Shown piece after piece: positions 1 to 10,027 of a DNA stretch of 64,000 nt. Both the position numbers and the translations under genes were made by a program. The stretch is from positions 795,154 to 859,153 of the forward strand of contig OZ253668.1 of the NCBI GenBank assembly GCA_965263275.1. Reading direction: 5' to 3'. Position 1 is the stretch's first letter. Each line of letters opens with the position of its first letter. A model generated the notes under the pieces. The model had not been told where the DNA came from, ran no database searches, and saw only the letters and a list, made by a program, of their open reading frames with translations. This DNA comes from Thermodesulfobacteriota bacterium. GTDB lineage: Bacteria; Desulfobacterota_D; UBA1144; Nemesobacterales; Nemesobacteraceae.

Positions 1-1024
1 AAGGAAATCTAAAACAAGAACACCGGACAAAGACATCCCGTCTCTTGATCTGTCCGCAAGACCGAGAAGAAACCGGAAATCCTCTTCCATAAGAAACCTC
101 GTGCGGGAAACCTGCCTTCTGCCCGGAGATCTCATCTACCCGCTTTTTATCCACGATAAAGACGGCGATGAGGAAATAGAATCAATGCCCGGGTGCAAAA
201 GGTGGAGCGTTTCTGGTCTCGTGGAGGAAGTGAGAGAGGCCCACGGTCTGGGTATAGGGGCTGTGATGATCTTCCCGGCAATAGAAGACGGACTTAAATC
301 CCCTTTTGCCGAGGAGTGCTACAATCCCAGGGGTTTGGTGCCAAGAGCAGTAGCGGCCATTAAAAAACAGGTTCCCGAAGTCGCCGTAATAACGGATATC
401 GCGCTTGACCCCTACTCAAGCGACGGACACGACGGGGTGGTATCCCCCTCCGGAGAAATACTTAACGACGTAACGGTAGAGGTGCTCTGCAAGCAGGCTC
501 TATGCCACGCCGCCGCGGGAGCAGACATAGTAGCCCCAAGCGACATGATGGACGGTAGGATCGGAGCGATCAGAGAGATTCTTGACGAGGACGGTTATAC
601 GAACGTTTCTATAATGTCGTACACGGCCAAGTACGCATCCTCTTTTTATGGACCGTTTCGCGGAGCGCTTGATTCGGCGCCCAGGGGCGGGGACAAGATG
701 ACTTACCAGATGGATCCCGCGAACTCAACAGAAGCCTTGAGGGAACTTATTCTGGATGAAGAAGAAGGTGCGGACATTGTAATGGTAAAACCCGCGGGGT
801 ACTACCTTGATCTCGTATCCCTGTTTCGGGAAAACACCGATCTTCCCCTGGCGGCTTATCAGGTAAGCGGAGAGTACCTTATGATAAAGGCGGCCGCGGG
901 ATCAGGGTGGCTTGACGAGGAAAAAATCATCCTTGAGAGCCTGCTCAGCGTAAAAAGAGCCGGGGCCGACATCGTAATCACTTATTTTGCGAAAAAAGCC
1001 GCTGAAATTCTGAGCCGGACTTAG
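1..1024 (+). CDS. hemB: porphobilinogen synthase (delta-aminolevulinic acid dehydratase), 5'-truncated by window edge
   Basis: ORF 101..1024 stays open in frame back to position 2 (RPRRNRKSSSIRNLVRETCLLPGDLIYPLFI), matching the HemB N-terminus. Conserved ALAD segments are present (SIMSYTAKYASSFYGPFR, YQVSGEY). Confidence 0.9.
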   Translation, partial: RKSKTRTPDKDIPSLDLSARPRRNRKSSSIRNLVRETCLLPGDLIYPLFIHDKDGDEEIESMPGCKRWSVSGLVEEVREAHGLGIGAVMIFPAIEDGLKSPFAEECYNPRGLVPRAVAAIKKQVPEVAVITDIALDPYSSDGHDGVVSPSGEILNDVTVEVLCKQALCHAAAGADIVAPSDMMDGRIGAIREILDEDGYTNVSIMSYTAKYASSFYGPFRGALDSAPRGGDKMTYQMDPANSTEALRELILDEEEGADIVMVKPAGYYLDLVSLFRENTDLPLAAYQVSGEYLMIKAAAGSGWLDEEKIILESLLSVKRAGADIVITYFAKKAAEILSRT

Positions 1025-1115
1025 CAATCAGGAAAAACCGATGCCGCGGCGCGCTTTACAAAATTTTATAGTCGTATAAAATTCCGTTTCTGATAAAAAA
1101 TACTGGATAGATAAA

Positions 1116-1397
1116 ATGAAAAAAGAAATTCACCCAGATTATAACTACGTGGTCTTTAAGGATTCATTCACCGGGCATATGTTCCTTACGCGCTCGACCA
1201 GAACATCCGAGGAAACTACGAAATGGGAAGACGGAAACGAGTACCCGCTTATAAGCGTGGAGATCTCAAGCGACTCTCACCCTTTCTATACCGGGAAGGA
1301 AAAACACTTTAAAAAAGAAGGCAGGGTCGAAAAATTCCGTCGCAAGTACCAGAAAAACTCCGCCAAGAAAGAAACCGAGGAAGAGGCTTCACAGTAA
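1116..1397 (+). CDS. rpmE: 50S ribosomal protein L31
   Basis: 93 aa, [14 protein letters not shown]...SHPFYTG is the L31 signature. AAAATACTGGATAG precedes the ATG. Confidence 0.85.
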   Translation: MKKEIHPDYNYVVFKDSFTGHMFLTRSTRTSEETTKWEDGNEYPLISVEISSDSHPFYTGKEKHFKKEGRVEKFRRKYQKNSAKKETEEEASQ

Positions 1398-1464
1398 AAG
1401 AGGCTTTTAAAACTTTCTGTTTTCCCCTTAACCGCCTGGCGGAAATTCCGGATCCACCTTGCCC

Positions 1465-2283
1465 TTACGCTAATGCAACGATGAACAGGCGGCGGAAGGG
1501 ATACAGCATACGGTTATCCGAACGTTTGGGATAGGCATCTCGCAGTCGCTGCTTGTATGCCTTTAAAAACCAGTTCCGATCGGCATCACACAGACTATTT
1601 AAAATCGGGCGAAGACCGCTTCCCCTAACCCATTCAAAAACAGGGTCATCGCCTTCCAGTACATGGAGATATTGCGTTTCCCAGATATCGAGGTATCGCG
1701 TACAAGGGGCCAGAACATCATGGTAAACCTCCGTATTCTCAACCCAGTTGCTTGACAGGGAGACCCGCAACGCGGCGTCGCCGATGGGTGTCCCATCGGA
1801 ACCGCCCTGTGCCAAGGTGTCTCTCATCAGACGGTGAGACGGAAGATCCCAGCTAAGCGGCATCTGGACTGCAAGGCAACCTCCCGGGTTAAGGTAGCCC
1901 ATCAGGCGCGGAAACAGGTCAAAATGGCCGTTGACCCAGTGCAGAGTCGCATTGGAATAAATCAGGTCAGGGGTTTCCCGGGGAATCCAACTGCGGATAT
2001 CGGCATTCACCCAGTGCACAGTCGACGGCTCCCCGGCCGCCTCAGCCAGCATCTGCGGCGAATGATCAAGCCCGTAAACTTCGGACGAGAACCAGCGCTC
2101 GGCCAGAAGACGCGTCAGGTGGCCTGAACCGCAGCCTAGATCATAGATCACACCAGGTGCGCCAAGAGGTATACGGTCAAGTAATTCAAGAGCCGGCCGC
2201 AAGCGGTGCTCGGCGAACTTCAGGTACTGATCAGGGACCCAGTGCGTTCCGGCAACCTCGCCCTGATGCGCTCTTTCCGACAT
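1465..2283 (-). CDS. tam: trans-aconitate 2-methyltransferase-like SAM-dependent methyltransferase
   Basis: 272 aa. N-terminal HWVPDQYLKFAEHRLRP and methyltransferase motif I DLGCGSGHLT resemble Tam. Confidence 0.65.
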   Translation of the reverse strand: MSERAHQGEVAGTHWVPDQYLKFAEHRLRPALELLDRIPLGAPGVIYDLGCGSGHLTRLLAERWFSSEVYGLDHSPQMLAEAAGEPSTVHWVNADIRSWIPRETPDLIYSNATLHWVNGHFDLFPRLMGYLNPGGCLAVQMPLSWDLPSHRLMRDTLAQGGSDGTPIGDAALRVSLSSNWVENTEVYHDVLAPCTRYLDIWETQYLHVLEGDDPVFEWVRGSGLRPILNSLCDADRNWFLKAYKQRLRDAYPKRSDNRMLYPFRRLFIVALA

Positions 2284-2375
2284 GCGATTCCCCTGCTATT
2301 TCACCCCGCTCGGATATGTCCGGTTTGTGCGTTGCGCGGTCCGTGATGCCGCCTGCTGAATTTCAGGAGCCGTGA

Positions 2376-2927
2376 TCAGTTGCCGCTCAGGTAACTTACC
2401 ACATCATCTTGAATAGACTCGTCCACAAGCTCTTTCCACTCCTCATTGCCGCTTGCTATCGACTCGCGTATTTTGGTCGCTGATATGAACCCTATGTTCT
2501 CAGGCGGAAAAAACTCGTTCATCTCGTAACCGACTCCCCTGCCCCAGTTTACCGACTCAATATCCGGAATTACCACCACGACCACGTCATCACCCTTGCT
2601 CTCGTGATACTTTCTTATCATTCCGACCGTTTGCTCAGTTGTAAAAGGGTTTCTCGGGTCGGGAGGAATATCCCTTACCATTATCAGGCACGGAACTCCA
2701 TTGTCGAGTTTCTGCCTGACAAGGCTTATGTGTCCGGCGTGGTAGGGCTGATACCTGCCGATAAATATGGCTCTTCTGGAAGGAGAAGGCTTTATGTCCG
2801 GATGACCGTGATTTTTATATTCCCAGCTGTTCATTTTCACCTCGTCGAGTGGATTGAAAAAAGATTTTTCGTAACTGAAAAACGCACGGATTATACACAC
2901 GCTTGGGTTTTTTTCAACAGCGATCAA
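2376..2927 (-). CDS. nicotinamide-nucleotide adenylyltransferase-like cytidylyltransferase (archaeal NadM type)
   Basis: FIGRYQPYHAGH (HxGH nucleotidyltransferase motif) and NPFTTEQT resemble NadM. The true start is probably the internal Met at about 2834 (MNSWEYK...). Confidence 0.5.
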   Translation of the reverse strand: MIAVEKNPSVCIIRAFFSYEKSFFNPLDEVKMNSWEYKNHGHPDIKPSPSRRAIFIGRYQPYHAGHISLVRQKLDNGVPCLIMVRDIPPDPRNPFTTEQTVGMIRKYHESKGDDVVVVVIPDIESVNWGRGVGYEMNEFFPPENIGFISATKIRESIASGNEEWKELVDESIQDDVVSYLSGN

Positions 2928-2963
2928 AGAGAAAACCGCTGAACGGACCGCAAACGGCTAAGT

Positions 2964-3713
2964 TCAGACAGAAGGCATATGCGCTTTTTTTTCTGATGGG
3001 GCGCCAAGCAGGTCAATAAAACCGCTGAAAGTACGTCTGCTTAGCTCAGAAAGCGTATTTATGTTTTTCGGCGTTTGGGATCTTATGGTATCCGGGTTTA
3101 TCTTGCCGCCGAGCTCTTCGATTTCTTTTCTGTTAACAGGGGTAACAAGCCAGCGCTCTATCATAGGCGCGTCGACTTCGAGGTGGAACTGGAACCCGTA
3201 TACCTTATCTCCGTATCGAAATGCCTGGTTTGCGCACGCGGGAGACGTAGCCAAGTGCGAAGCGCCCGGCGGAATCTCAAAAGTATCTCCGTGCCACTGG
3301 AAAACCTTCTCAACCTCGCCGAATACACCAAGAAGCGGATCCCTCTTTCCTTCCTCGGTAGTGGAAACGTCATACCAGCCGATCTCCTTTTCGGGGTTTT
3401 TGTATACGCGGGCACCAAGGGCCTTGGCAATGAGTTGGGAACCGAGACATATGCCGAGCACGGGAAGGTCCATATTGATAAACTCCCTTATGGATTCGGT
3501 CTCCGGCACAAGGTAAGGATACTCATCGGACTCGTCCACGTTCATCGGGCCTCCGAGAACGACAAGACCGTCGTAGTTGCGAAGTTTGGGGATACTGCAA
3601 TTAGATCGGCCGAAGTTTACGTAACGCATCCTGAAACCGGCGTTTCTGAGCATCGGGTGAAGCGTTCCCAGTATCTCGTGAGGAACATGCTGAAAGACAA
3701 GCAATTTTGGCAT
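2964..3713 (-). CDS. class I glutamine amidotransferase (GATase1, GuaA-like) domain protein
   Basis: 249 aa, LPVLGICLGSQL (catalytic Cys region) and FQFHLE motif. Confidence 0.6.
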   Translation of the reverse strand: MPKLLVFQHVPHEILGTLHPMLRNAGFRMRYVNFGRSNCSIPKLRNYDGLVVLGGPMNVDESDEYPYLVPETESIREFINMDLPVLGICLGSQLIAKALGARVYKNPEKEIGWYDVSTTEEGKRDPLLGVFGEVEKVFQWHGDTFEIPPGASHLATSPACANQAFRYGDKVYGFQFHLEVDAPMIERWLVTPVNRKEIEELGGKINPDTIRSQTPKNINTLSELSRRTFSGFIDLLGAPSEKKAHMPSV

Positions 3714-3770
3714 GAGACGGGATTTTAACCATTTTTCCAGCCTCTGTCATTTCACCGGATGCCGGACAAC

Positions 3771-4451
3771 TCAGATCTGCCACACACCACGCAAAGTCTT
3801 TTTCCGAAGAGAGGATTTAAGTGCAAGCAGAAACTCTTTTCTGCTGATTTCTCTTCCTCCAAGAGTCCTCATATGATCCGTTGGAACCTGGGAATCTATA
3901 AAATCGAAACCGAATTCCCAGCATTTTCGCGCCAGGTGAAAAAGAGCTACCTTTGAAGCGTCGGTTTCGAGGTGAAACATCGATTCTCCGAAAAACGCGC
4001 CGCCGAGAGACACTCCGTAAAGACCCCCTACGAGGCTTTCTTCCGAATAGACCTCAAAAGAATGGGCGTAACCGAGTTCATGCAGCTTCCGGTAGGCAGT
4101 TTTCATCTCCTCCGTTATCCACGTCCCGCTCTGCCCTTTTCTTCTGACCTGAGCGCAGCCCTCGATAACCGCGGCGAAATCCGTATCGACTCGTACCGAG
4201 AATTTTCCGGAAGACGCAGTCTTTATGAGGGTTTTTGAAAATCTGAAGTCGCCAGGAGAAAAAACCATCCTCGGGTCGGGAGAAAACCACAAAATGGGGT
4301 CCTCCTCGGAATACCAGGGGAAAATACCAATTTCGTAGGCCAAAAGAAGCCTCTTCGGAGAAAGATCTCCTCCTATGGCCAAAAGCCCTCCCGGCCCCGC
4401 TTCGGACGGGTCAGGAAACCGTATTCGGGAATCGAGAAAGTAAACGGTCAT
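3771..4451 (-). CDS. aat: leucyl/phenylalanyl-tRNA--protein transferase
   Basis: 226 aa, LLAYEIGIFPWY...GESMFH motifs typical of Aat. Confidence 0.8.
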   Translation of the reverse strand: MTVYFLDSRIRFPDPSEAGPGGLLAIGGDLSPKRLLLAYEIGIFPWYSEEDPILWFSPDPRMVFSPGDFRFSKTLIKTASSGKFSVRVDTDFAAVIEGCAQVRRKGQSGTWITEEMKTAYRKLHELGYAHSFEVYSEESLVGGLYGVSLGGAFFGESMFHLETDASKVALFHLARKCWEFGFDFIDSQVPTDHMRTLGGREISRKEFLLALKSSLRKKTLRGVWQI

Positions 4452-4565
4452 GAACCCCGGATAAAACCCCTCTTATCGTGACGGCCGTCGCGACCGGTAA
4501 AGTTCCCCCGGGTATCCGCCGGGCAACTGCAGTTCGTAACGAAAGCATGCTAAGCGACTCTTGCT

Positions 4566-4949
4566 TCACTCAAGAAAATTCCCCGGGTCAACCAGGTCAA
4601 AGGAAGCCTCCGCGTTCTGGGATTTCAGGTATCTGTACGAATATCTGTCAAAACCTTTTGAATGGATATATTCAGAAACCTCTGGATAAGTCCATCTGAG
4701 GCGGGCTGAAATTCCAGGGATTTTACTTCCTTCCAGATAAAAATAGACTGCGGTAATCCCGCCCTTGGTTCTCCCCTTGGTGTCTCCGTACGCCTTCATA
4801 TGTTCTTGTGCTGCGTTATAGGGAATCTCTACCAGAAAGATCTGATTTCGTTTGCTCTTCCAGCGTTGAACTACATCAAAATCGTATGAGTGATCGTGCC
4901 CCCCGCAGGCCATAAGAATCAGGAACAAAAGCGGAAGCAGTCTTAACAT
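4566..4949 (-). CDS. hypothetical secreted protein or lipoprotein
   Basis: 127 aa. Hydrophobic N-terminus MLRLLPLLFLILMAC with a lipobox-like LMAC. No recognisable domain. Confidence 0.35.
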   Translation of the reverse strand: MLRLLPLLFLILMACGGHDHSYDFDVVQRWKSKRNQIFLVEIPYNAAQEHMKAYGDTKGRTKGGITAVYFYLEGSKIPGISARLRWTYPEVSEYIHSKGFDRYSYRYLKSQNAEASFDLVDPGNFLE

Positions 4950-5026
4950 GATAAAACCTCCTTTCTCCGTATCCTTATATAATTAACCAAACCGCAAAAC
5001 TGTGGCCTGCCGGTTCGCTCCAAACT

Positions 5027-5701
5027 CTACTCTCCCCAGTTTCTTTTAATGAAGCCTTCTCTTCCCGAACCTTTTTTGTAACTGCCGTAGTGAATCGGGT
5101 TTTTTTCGTAGTACTTCTGATGGTACTCCTCCGCCCTGTAGAAAGAAACGAACTTCTCTACCGAGGTAACTATCGGCTTTTTAAATTTCCCGGACTCCTC
5201 GAGTTTCTTTTTCGAAACAAGAGCCTCCTCTTTCTGTGAATCATCGTGGTAAAAAATGGCGGTTCTGTAATGCCTTCCCCTGTCGGCAAACTGTCCGTCC
5301 TCCTGGGTCGGATCAATATTTATCCAGAAAGTCTCAAGAAGGGTTCCGTAGCCTATCTTCTCGGGGTCGTAAACGACCCTTATCGCTTCGGCGTGACCGG
5401 TCCTCCCCTGCCAGACCTGCTCGTAGGTAGGATTTTCCTCTTTTCCCCCGGAGTAACCAACTACCGTCTCAACGACCCCGGTAAGGCTGTCAAAAGGAGG
5501 CTGCATGCACCAGAAACATCCTCCGGCAAAAGTCGCCTCCCGGTAACCGCTGTTTTTTCCGCTTTCCATGTTTTTAACCTCCCCTGAGCTTTCGTTGTAC
5601 ATGGAGAAAGTCACGCCCGCAAACACAACAAGCGCCATCGAAATAACCCGAAACCAAAAACCATTATATGACATTTCCCCTCCGTACCCTGTACAAATCA
5701 A
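5027..5701 (-). CDS. msrA: peptide methionine sulfoxide reductase MsrA (membrane-anchored or secreted)
   Basis: ATFAGGCFWC active-site motif with a hydrophobic N-terminal segment. The start may be the internal Met at about 5674. Confidence 0.85.
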   Translation of the reverse strand: MICTGYGGEMSYNGFWFRVISMALVVFAGVTFSMYNESSGEVKNMESGKNSGYREATFAGGCFWCMQPPFDSLTGVVETVVGYSGGKEENPTYEQVWQGRTGHAEAIRVVYDPEKIGYGTLLETFWINIDPTQEDGQFADRGRHYRTAIFYHDDSQKEEALVSKKKLEESGKFKKPIVTSVEKFVSFYRAEEYHQKYYEKNPIHYGSYKKGSGREGFIKRNWGE

Positions 5702-5759
5702 AAAAATCCTTGATTCGTCTGCTTTCCCGGTAATTCATAAAACCGGTTTCAGACGGAGA

Positions 5760-6923
5760 TCAGTTGTACACTCTTATTTCATTATAAAGCGCGTCTCTTT
5801 CAACGGGAACGTATCCCGAATCCCGGATCATCTTTATCATGAAATCCCTGCTGTGACCCACCTCAGAAGGAGCACCCGCATCGTGGATGATCTTTTCCCT
5901 CATTATCGTTCCGTCCGCGTCGCTCGCGCCGTAATGCAGGGCCACCTGGGCCGCTTTTTCCCCGAGGGTGATCCAGTAGGACTTTATGTGAGGGAAGTTA
6001 TCAAGATACAGTCTCGCGAGTGCGTGAACCTTCATGTCGTATGAAGCGGGGAAGGGTTTTACGTTTTTAAGACCCGTATTTTCCGGCTGGAAAAGAACCG
6101 GAATGAATGCGAAAAACCCCGGGGACTCGTCCTCTATTCTTCTCAGTCTCTCCATGTGGTCAACGACATGGAAAGGCTTCTCCAGATGGCCGTAAAGGAT
6201 AGTGGCATTTGTCGGAATACCGAGCTTGTGGGCGAGGTGGTGGATTTCCTCCCACCTTGTCGCGACCGTCTTCGGGGCGCAGATTTTCTTTCTTACATCT
6301 TCATGCAGTATCTCCGCTCCGCCGCCCGTAAGGGCGTCCACCCCCGCGTCTCGAAGCGTAAGGAGCACGTCTTTTAGCGAAAGACCGCTTATTTCCGAGA
6401 ACCAGTCGATCTCAACTGCGGTGAAAGCCTTTACGTGAATATCCGGGTAGTGGCGCTTTATCATCTTCACTATGTCCAGATAATGATCGAATTCCCAGTC
6501 GGGGTGAAGACCTCCGACTATGTGAACCTCCCTTATCTCGTCGCTTAGCATGGAAAGCATCTGCTCGTTTGAAAGTTCATAGGCGTTGGGGGATTTCTTC
6601 GTAGTTCCAAAAGCGCAGAACCGACACGATATGGCGCATATATTCGAAGGATTAATGTGACGGTTTACGACGAAATAGACCTTCTCCCCCGATTTCTTTC
6701 TCTTAACGTAATCCGCCATCATGCCAACGGTGTTAAGATCCGGGGAATCAAGTATCAAAAGTCCGTCTTCAAAAGAAAGCCTCCGGCCCGTAGCGACCTT
6801 CTCCATTATCGGAAGCAGACTCGCGTCCGTGCAGAAACTCTCCGTCAGTTCCAGTACTCGCTCCATCTCGTCTCCACCTTGTCTTTTATATCTTCTGACA
6901 TCTCTATAACCGGGGGATACCAC
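5760..6923 (-). CDS. radical SAM menaquinone (futalosine pathway) enzyme, MqnC/MqnE family
   Basis: CAISCRFCAF radical-SAM cluster motif. The CofH/MqnC/MqnE-like fold runs for about 370 aa. It lies adjacent to the UbiD, UbiX and UbiA homologs. The start is probably the internal Met at 6866 or 6806. Confidence 0.7.
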   Translation of the reverse strand: MVSPGYRDVRRYKRQGGDEMERVLELTESFCTDASLLPIMEKVATGRRLSFEDGLLILDSPDLNTVGMMADYVKRKKSGEKVYFVVNRHINPSNICAISCRFCAFGTTKKSPNAYELSNEQMLSMLSDEIREVHIVGGLHPDWEFDHYLDIVKMIKRHYPDIHVKAFTAVEIDWFSEISGLSLKDVLLTLRDAGVDALTGGGAEILHEDVRKKICAPKTVATRWEEIHHLAHKLGIPTNATILYGHLEKPFHVVDHMERLRRIEDESPGFFAFIPVLFQPENTGLKNVKPFPASYDMKVHALARLYLDNFPHIKSYWITLGEKAAQVALHYGASDADGTIMREKIIHDAGAPSEVGHSRDFMIKMIRDSGYVPVERDALYNEIRVYN

Positions 6924-8620
6924 TGTTTTACTGTAGCGTCAATTCCCATTCTGCCGTCATAAAGAACCGCGGAACCCCGCAGTTCGGTATGTTCAAACAG
7001 AACATCCAGGTAAGGATCGAATCTAGTAAAGATACCCCAGATAAGCTCCGTGTCATCCATTATATCTATATCCGGGCTAACAATTGCAATTATACGTACC
7101 CCCTCAAGGCCGGGAGTTTCAAACAGCCTGCGTATCATCTCCTTGGGATCGGTCCTGGATTCATCAATCCGAACGACGCAGAAACCCCCCGCAAGAAGCC
7201 TGAACCCTGTTATATCCGCATGTTTTTCTCTGGGATCCGGAACCTTTTTTGCGTAGCTTTTCCTGTCAGCGGAGTTTTTCCTAACGGCGTTTATTCCCAT
7301 TTTGCTTCCCACGTTGAACTTGTTGCTCGTAAAATCAAGTGTGTCAAGAGGCGCCCACTGTATCATCAGGAAATCCTCTCTGGGATCGAAATTCTCCCCT
7401 ATCTCATTTAGCACCGCGGAAAAATCCCTGGGGTTAACGTCGCTTGAAACGCAGATCATGCATTTAGTCAGAAGAAGCTGTCCCGTTCCCCAAAGCGCGA
7501 GCATGACCTTTATCCCGCCTTTGGGATAGCGCTCATCTACGGAAACCGCGAGAAGGTTGTGAAACCCCGCTTCGGGGTACGCCCACATGTCCTTTACCTC
7601 CGGCTGTATTATCCTTATAAGCGGGGAGAACATCTCGCCCGCCGCGATCCCCAGGTAGACATCCTCCTGAGGCGGTTTGCCGACCACAATAGCGGGGTAC
7701 ACCGGGTTTTTTCTGTGGGTTATTTGCCTGAGATTAAAAACAGGGAAATCGGCCTCCATTGAGTAGTGACCGAAATGATCGCCGAAGGGTCCTTCCTGTC
7801 TCAGCACGTCTCTTGGAACAGAACCTTCAAGTATGAATTCCGCTTCGGCCGGGACGTGAAGCGAAATGCTTTTGCCCTTTACCATAGGCATCGGGCTTCT
7901 GCGAAGATAGCTTGCAAACGCAAGTTCATCCATGCCGTCTGGAAGCGGAGCGACCGCGGAGAAAATCATCCTGGGGTCTCCTCCGAGGATGACCGCAGCT
8001 TCAAGATCTCTTCCGAGTTTTTTCGCTTCGTGGTAGTGCGCGGCTCCTCCCTTGTGCGCGTGCCAATGCATCCCGGTGGTCTTGCGGTCAAATACCTGCA
8101 GCCTGTAAATCCCCAGGTTTCTCGAGCCGGTAGCGGGATCCCTTGTGAGCACCAAGCCGAAGGTTACGAACTTTCCCCCATCGCGCGGCCAGCATTTTAT
8201 CACCGGAAGCCTAGAGAGATCAGGTTCGGTTTCAACCTGCTGAACATCGCCGCGCCTCACTTTTTTCGTTCTCATGGAAAGCAGGCCGGCGGCCTTGGGA
8301 AGCACGGAGAAAATCCCCCCTATCGTGGGAGGATTAACCTTGCGGAATATCTCGACAAGTTCCTCGCCGACGTCTGAGGGTTTTCTGCCAAGGGCAAGCT
8401 CCACTCTTTCCTCGGTACCGAAGAGGTTTATGACCAGGGGGAAATCCGAGCCCTCCACGTTTTCAAACAAAAGGGCCGGGCCGCCGTCCCTAACGGTCCG
8501 CGAAGCTATTTCTGTTATTTCAAGTTCCGGCGAGACCTCGGTTTTTATTCTCTTGAGGTCGCCTATGCTTTCAAGATGGCTGATATAGCTCGAGAGATTA
8601 CGGAAACCTTTTGTGGACAT
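6845..8620 (-). CDS. UbiD-family (prFMN-dependent) decarboxylase, menaquinone/ubiquinone biosynthesis
   Basis: 591 aa, UbiD N-terminal pattern GPALLFENVEGSDFPLVINLFG. The 3' end overlaps the start of the radical-SAM gene. Confidence 0.8.
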   Translation of the reverse strand: MSTKGFRNLSSYISHLESIGDLKRIKTEVSPELEITEIASRTVRDGGPALLFENVEGSDFPLVINLFGTEERVELALGRKPSDVGEELVEIFRKVNPPTIGGIFSVLPKAAGLLSMRTKKVRRGDVQQVETEPDLSRLPVIKCWPRDGGKFVTFGLVLTRDPATGSRNLGIYRLQVFDRKTTGMHWHAHKGGAAHYHEAKKLGRDLEAAVILGGDPRMIFSAVAPLPDGMDELAFASYLRRSPMPMVKGKSISLHVPAEAEFILEGSVPRDVLRQEGPFGDHFGHYSMEADFPVFNLRQITHRKNPVYPAIVVGKPPQEDVYLGIAAGEMFSPLIRIIQPEVKDMWAYPEAGFHNLLAVSVDERYPKGGIKVMLALWGTGQLLLTKCMICVSSDVNPRDFSAVLNEIGENFDPREDFLMIQWAPLDTLDFTSNKFNVGSKMGINAVRKNSADRKSYAKKVPDPREKHADITGFRLLAGGFCVVRIDESRTDPKEMIRRLFETPGLEGVRIIAIVSPDIDIMDDTELIWGIFTRFDPYLDVLFEHTELRGSAVLYDGRMGIDATVKQWYPPVIEMSEDIKDKVETRWSEYWN

Positions 8621-8629
8621 GAGAGAGGG

Positions 8630-9181
8630 CTACTCCAGTTCGTCCCTTTTCCATCCCCTGCCGGTATCGACTCCCACAAGGCCTAAAAGTTTGTCCACAT
8701 ATCCGCTCACCACGTCCGAAATCGATTCGGCACCCATGTAGTCAGTCGGAGAAATCGGCGCGATCACGACTCCCTCGCGGGAGAGCCGCAGAGCGTTTTC
8801 AAGGGCGATTGTGCCAAGCGGGGTTTCCCGCAGGGCAATTATGAGCTTTCTTTTCTCCTTGAGCGCGACGGCCGCTATTCTGGTTATGAGTGTGTCGGCT
8901 ATGCCGTTTGCGATTTTCGCAAGCGTTGAAACCGAACAGGGCACTATGACCATGGAATCGAAATGGTTGCTTCCAGAGGAAAAAGGTGACGCCAGGTCGG
9001 AATCATTGTAAATATCGGTTACCCAGGGACGCATTTCCTCGACCTTGAGGCCGAGTTCCTCGTGAAGGACCCTCTTTCCCCATTTGCTTGCCACCAGATA
9101 TTTCTCATCGGGACATCTTCTTAGAAAATCAACCCCGTAAGCAACCCCTGAGGCCCCGGTAATTCCGACTATAGTTCTCAT
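8630..9181 (-). CDS. ubiX: flavin prenyltransferase UbiX
   Basis: 183 aa, MRTIVGITGASGVAYGV...VIVPCSVSTLAKIANG typical of UbiX/Pad1. Confidence 0.85.
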   Translation of the reverse strand: MRTIVGITGASGVAYGVDFLRRCPDEKYLVASKWGKRVLHEELGLKVEEMRPWVTDIYNDSDLASPFSSGSNHFDSMVIVPCSVSTLAKIANGIADTLITRIAAVALKEKRKLIIALRETPLGTIALENALRLSREGVVIAPISPTDYMGAESISDVVSGYVDKLLGLVGVDTGRGWKRDELE

Positions 9182-9184
9182 GGT

Positions 9185-10027
9185 TCAGGGTAAGTATATA
9201 CCCGCGAGGGTGAAAAACAAAACCGCAAACCCTATGAGAATATTGGTTCTGAAAAAAGCGGAATCCACCTGGCCGAAACTTCTGTGCTCAAGGTAAAGGA
9301 GGTACCCGCAAAGCGCTAGCGGCAAAAGCGCGAAGAAGGTCCGAAACGAAAGAAGGTACAGAAGAACAAGGGAAACGAACGAAAGCAGGTGAGCGATCCT
9401 GCAAACAAAAAGCGCCTTCTGTTTACCGAAACGGGCGACAAGAGAGAAAACACCGCGGCTGCGGTCAAATTCTTCGTCAGCGGTGGCGTATATTATGTCA
9501 AAGCCTGAAATCCAGAAAAAAGTGAAAAGCGAAAGTACGATTGCCGCGAGCATCTCATCAAAAGAGCACCTCACGGCAAGCCATCCGCCCAATGGGCCAA
9601 GCGCCAGAGAGAACCCGACGCCGAAATGACACAGGCTTGTGAATCTTTTCATCAGCGGATACACGGTAAATGCCACAAGCGGCAGCGGAGAGAGGAGAAA
9701 AACCAGCGGGCATATAAAATAAGCGGAGAGAAAGTAAAGCAGAGATCCCCCAACCGCTACCCCAACCGCTTCGTTCATGCCCATTCTGCCCGAGGGAAGC
9801 TCTCTTGCAGCGGTTCTAGGGTTTTCCCGGTCTATTTTCCGGTCGAAAATCCTGTTAAGCGCAAGGGCGACTGTCCGCGCTCCCGTGCCCGCAAGGATGA
9901 TAAGCACGAAAAGCCGGGCGCTGAAAATCCCGCCGGCGGCCAGAAAAGCCCCCGCGAAGATAACCGGAAGGGAAAAAAACGTGTGCTCTATTCTGAGAAA
10001 GCCCGAGAGGTTCTTTAAAAATGTCAT
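9185..10027 (-). CDS. UbiA-family polyprenyltransferase (MqnP or 4-hydroxybenzoate polyprenyltransferase-like)
   Basis: 280 aa multi-TM protein with NRIFDRKIDRENPRTAARELPSGRM (UbiA Asp-rich motif region). Confidence 0.8.
   Translation of the reverse strand: MTFLKNLSGFLRIEHTFFSLPVIFAGAFLAAGGIFSARLFVLIILAGTGARTVALALNRIFDRKIDRENPRTAARELPSGRMGMNEAVGVAVGGSLLYFLSAYFICPLVFLLSPLPLVAFTVYPLMKRFTSLCHFGVGFSLALGPLGGWLAVRCSFDEMLAAIVLSLFTFFWISGFDIIYATADEEFDRSRGVFSLVARFGKQKALFVCRIAHLLSFVSLVLLYLLSFRTFFALLPLALCGYLLYLEHRSFGQVDSAFFRTNILIGFAVLFFTLAGIYLP

Noticed and set aside
3075-3728. 217-aa plus-strand ORF
   Set aside because: Antisense to the glutamine amidotransferase gene.
7766-8377. 203-aa plus-strand ORF
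   Set aside because: Antisense to the UbiD-family gene.
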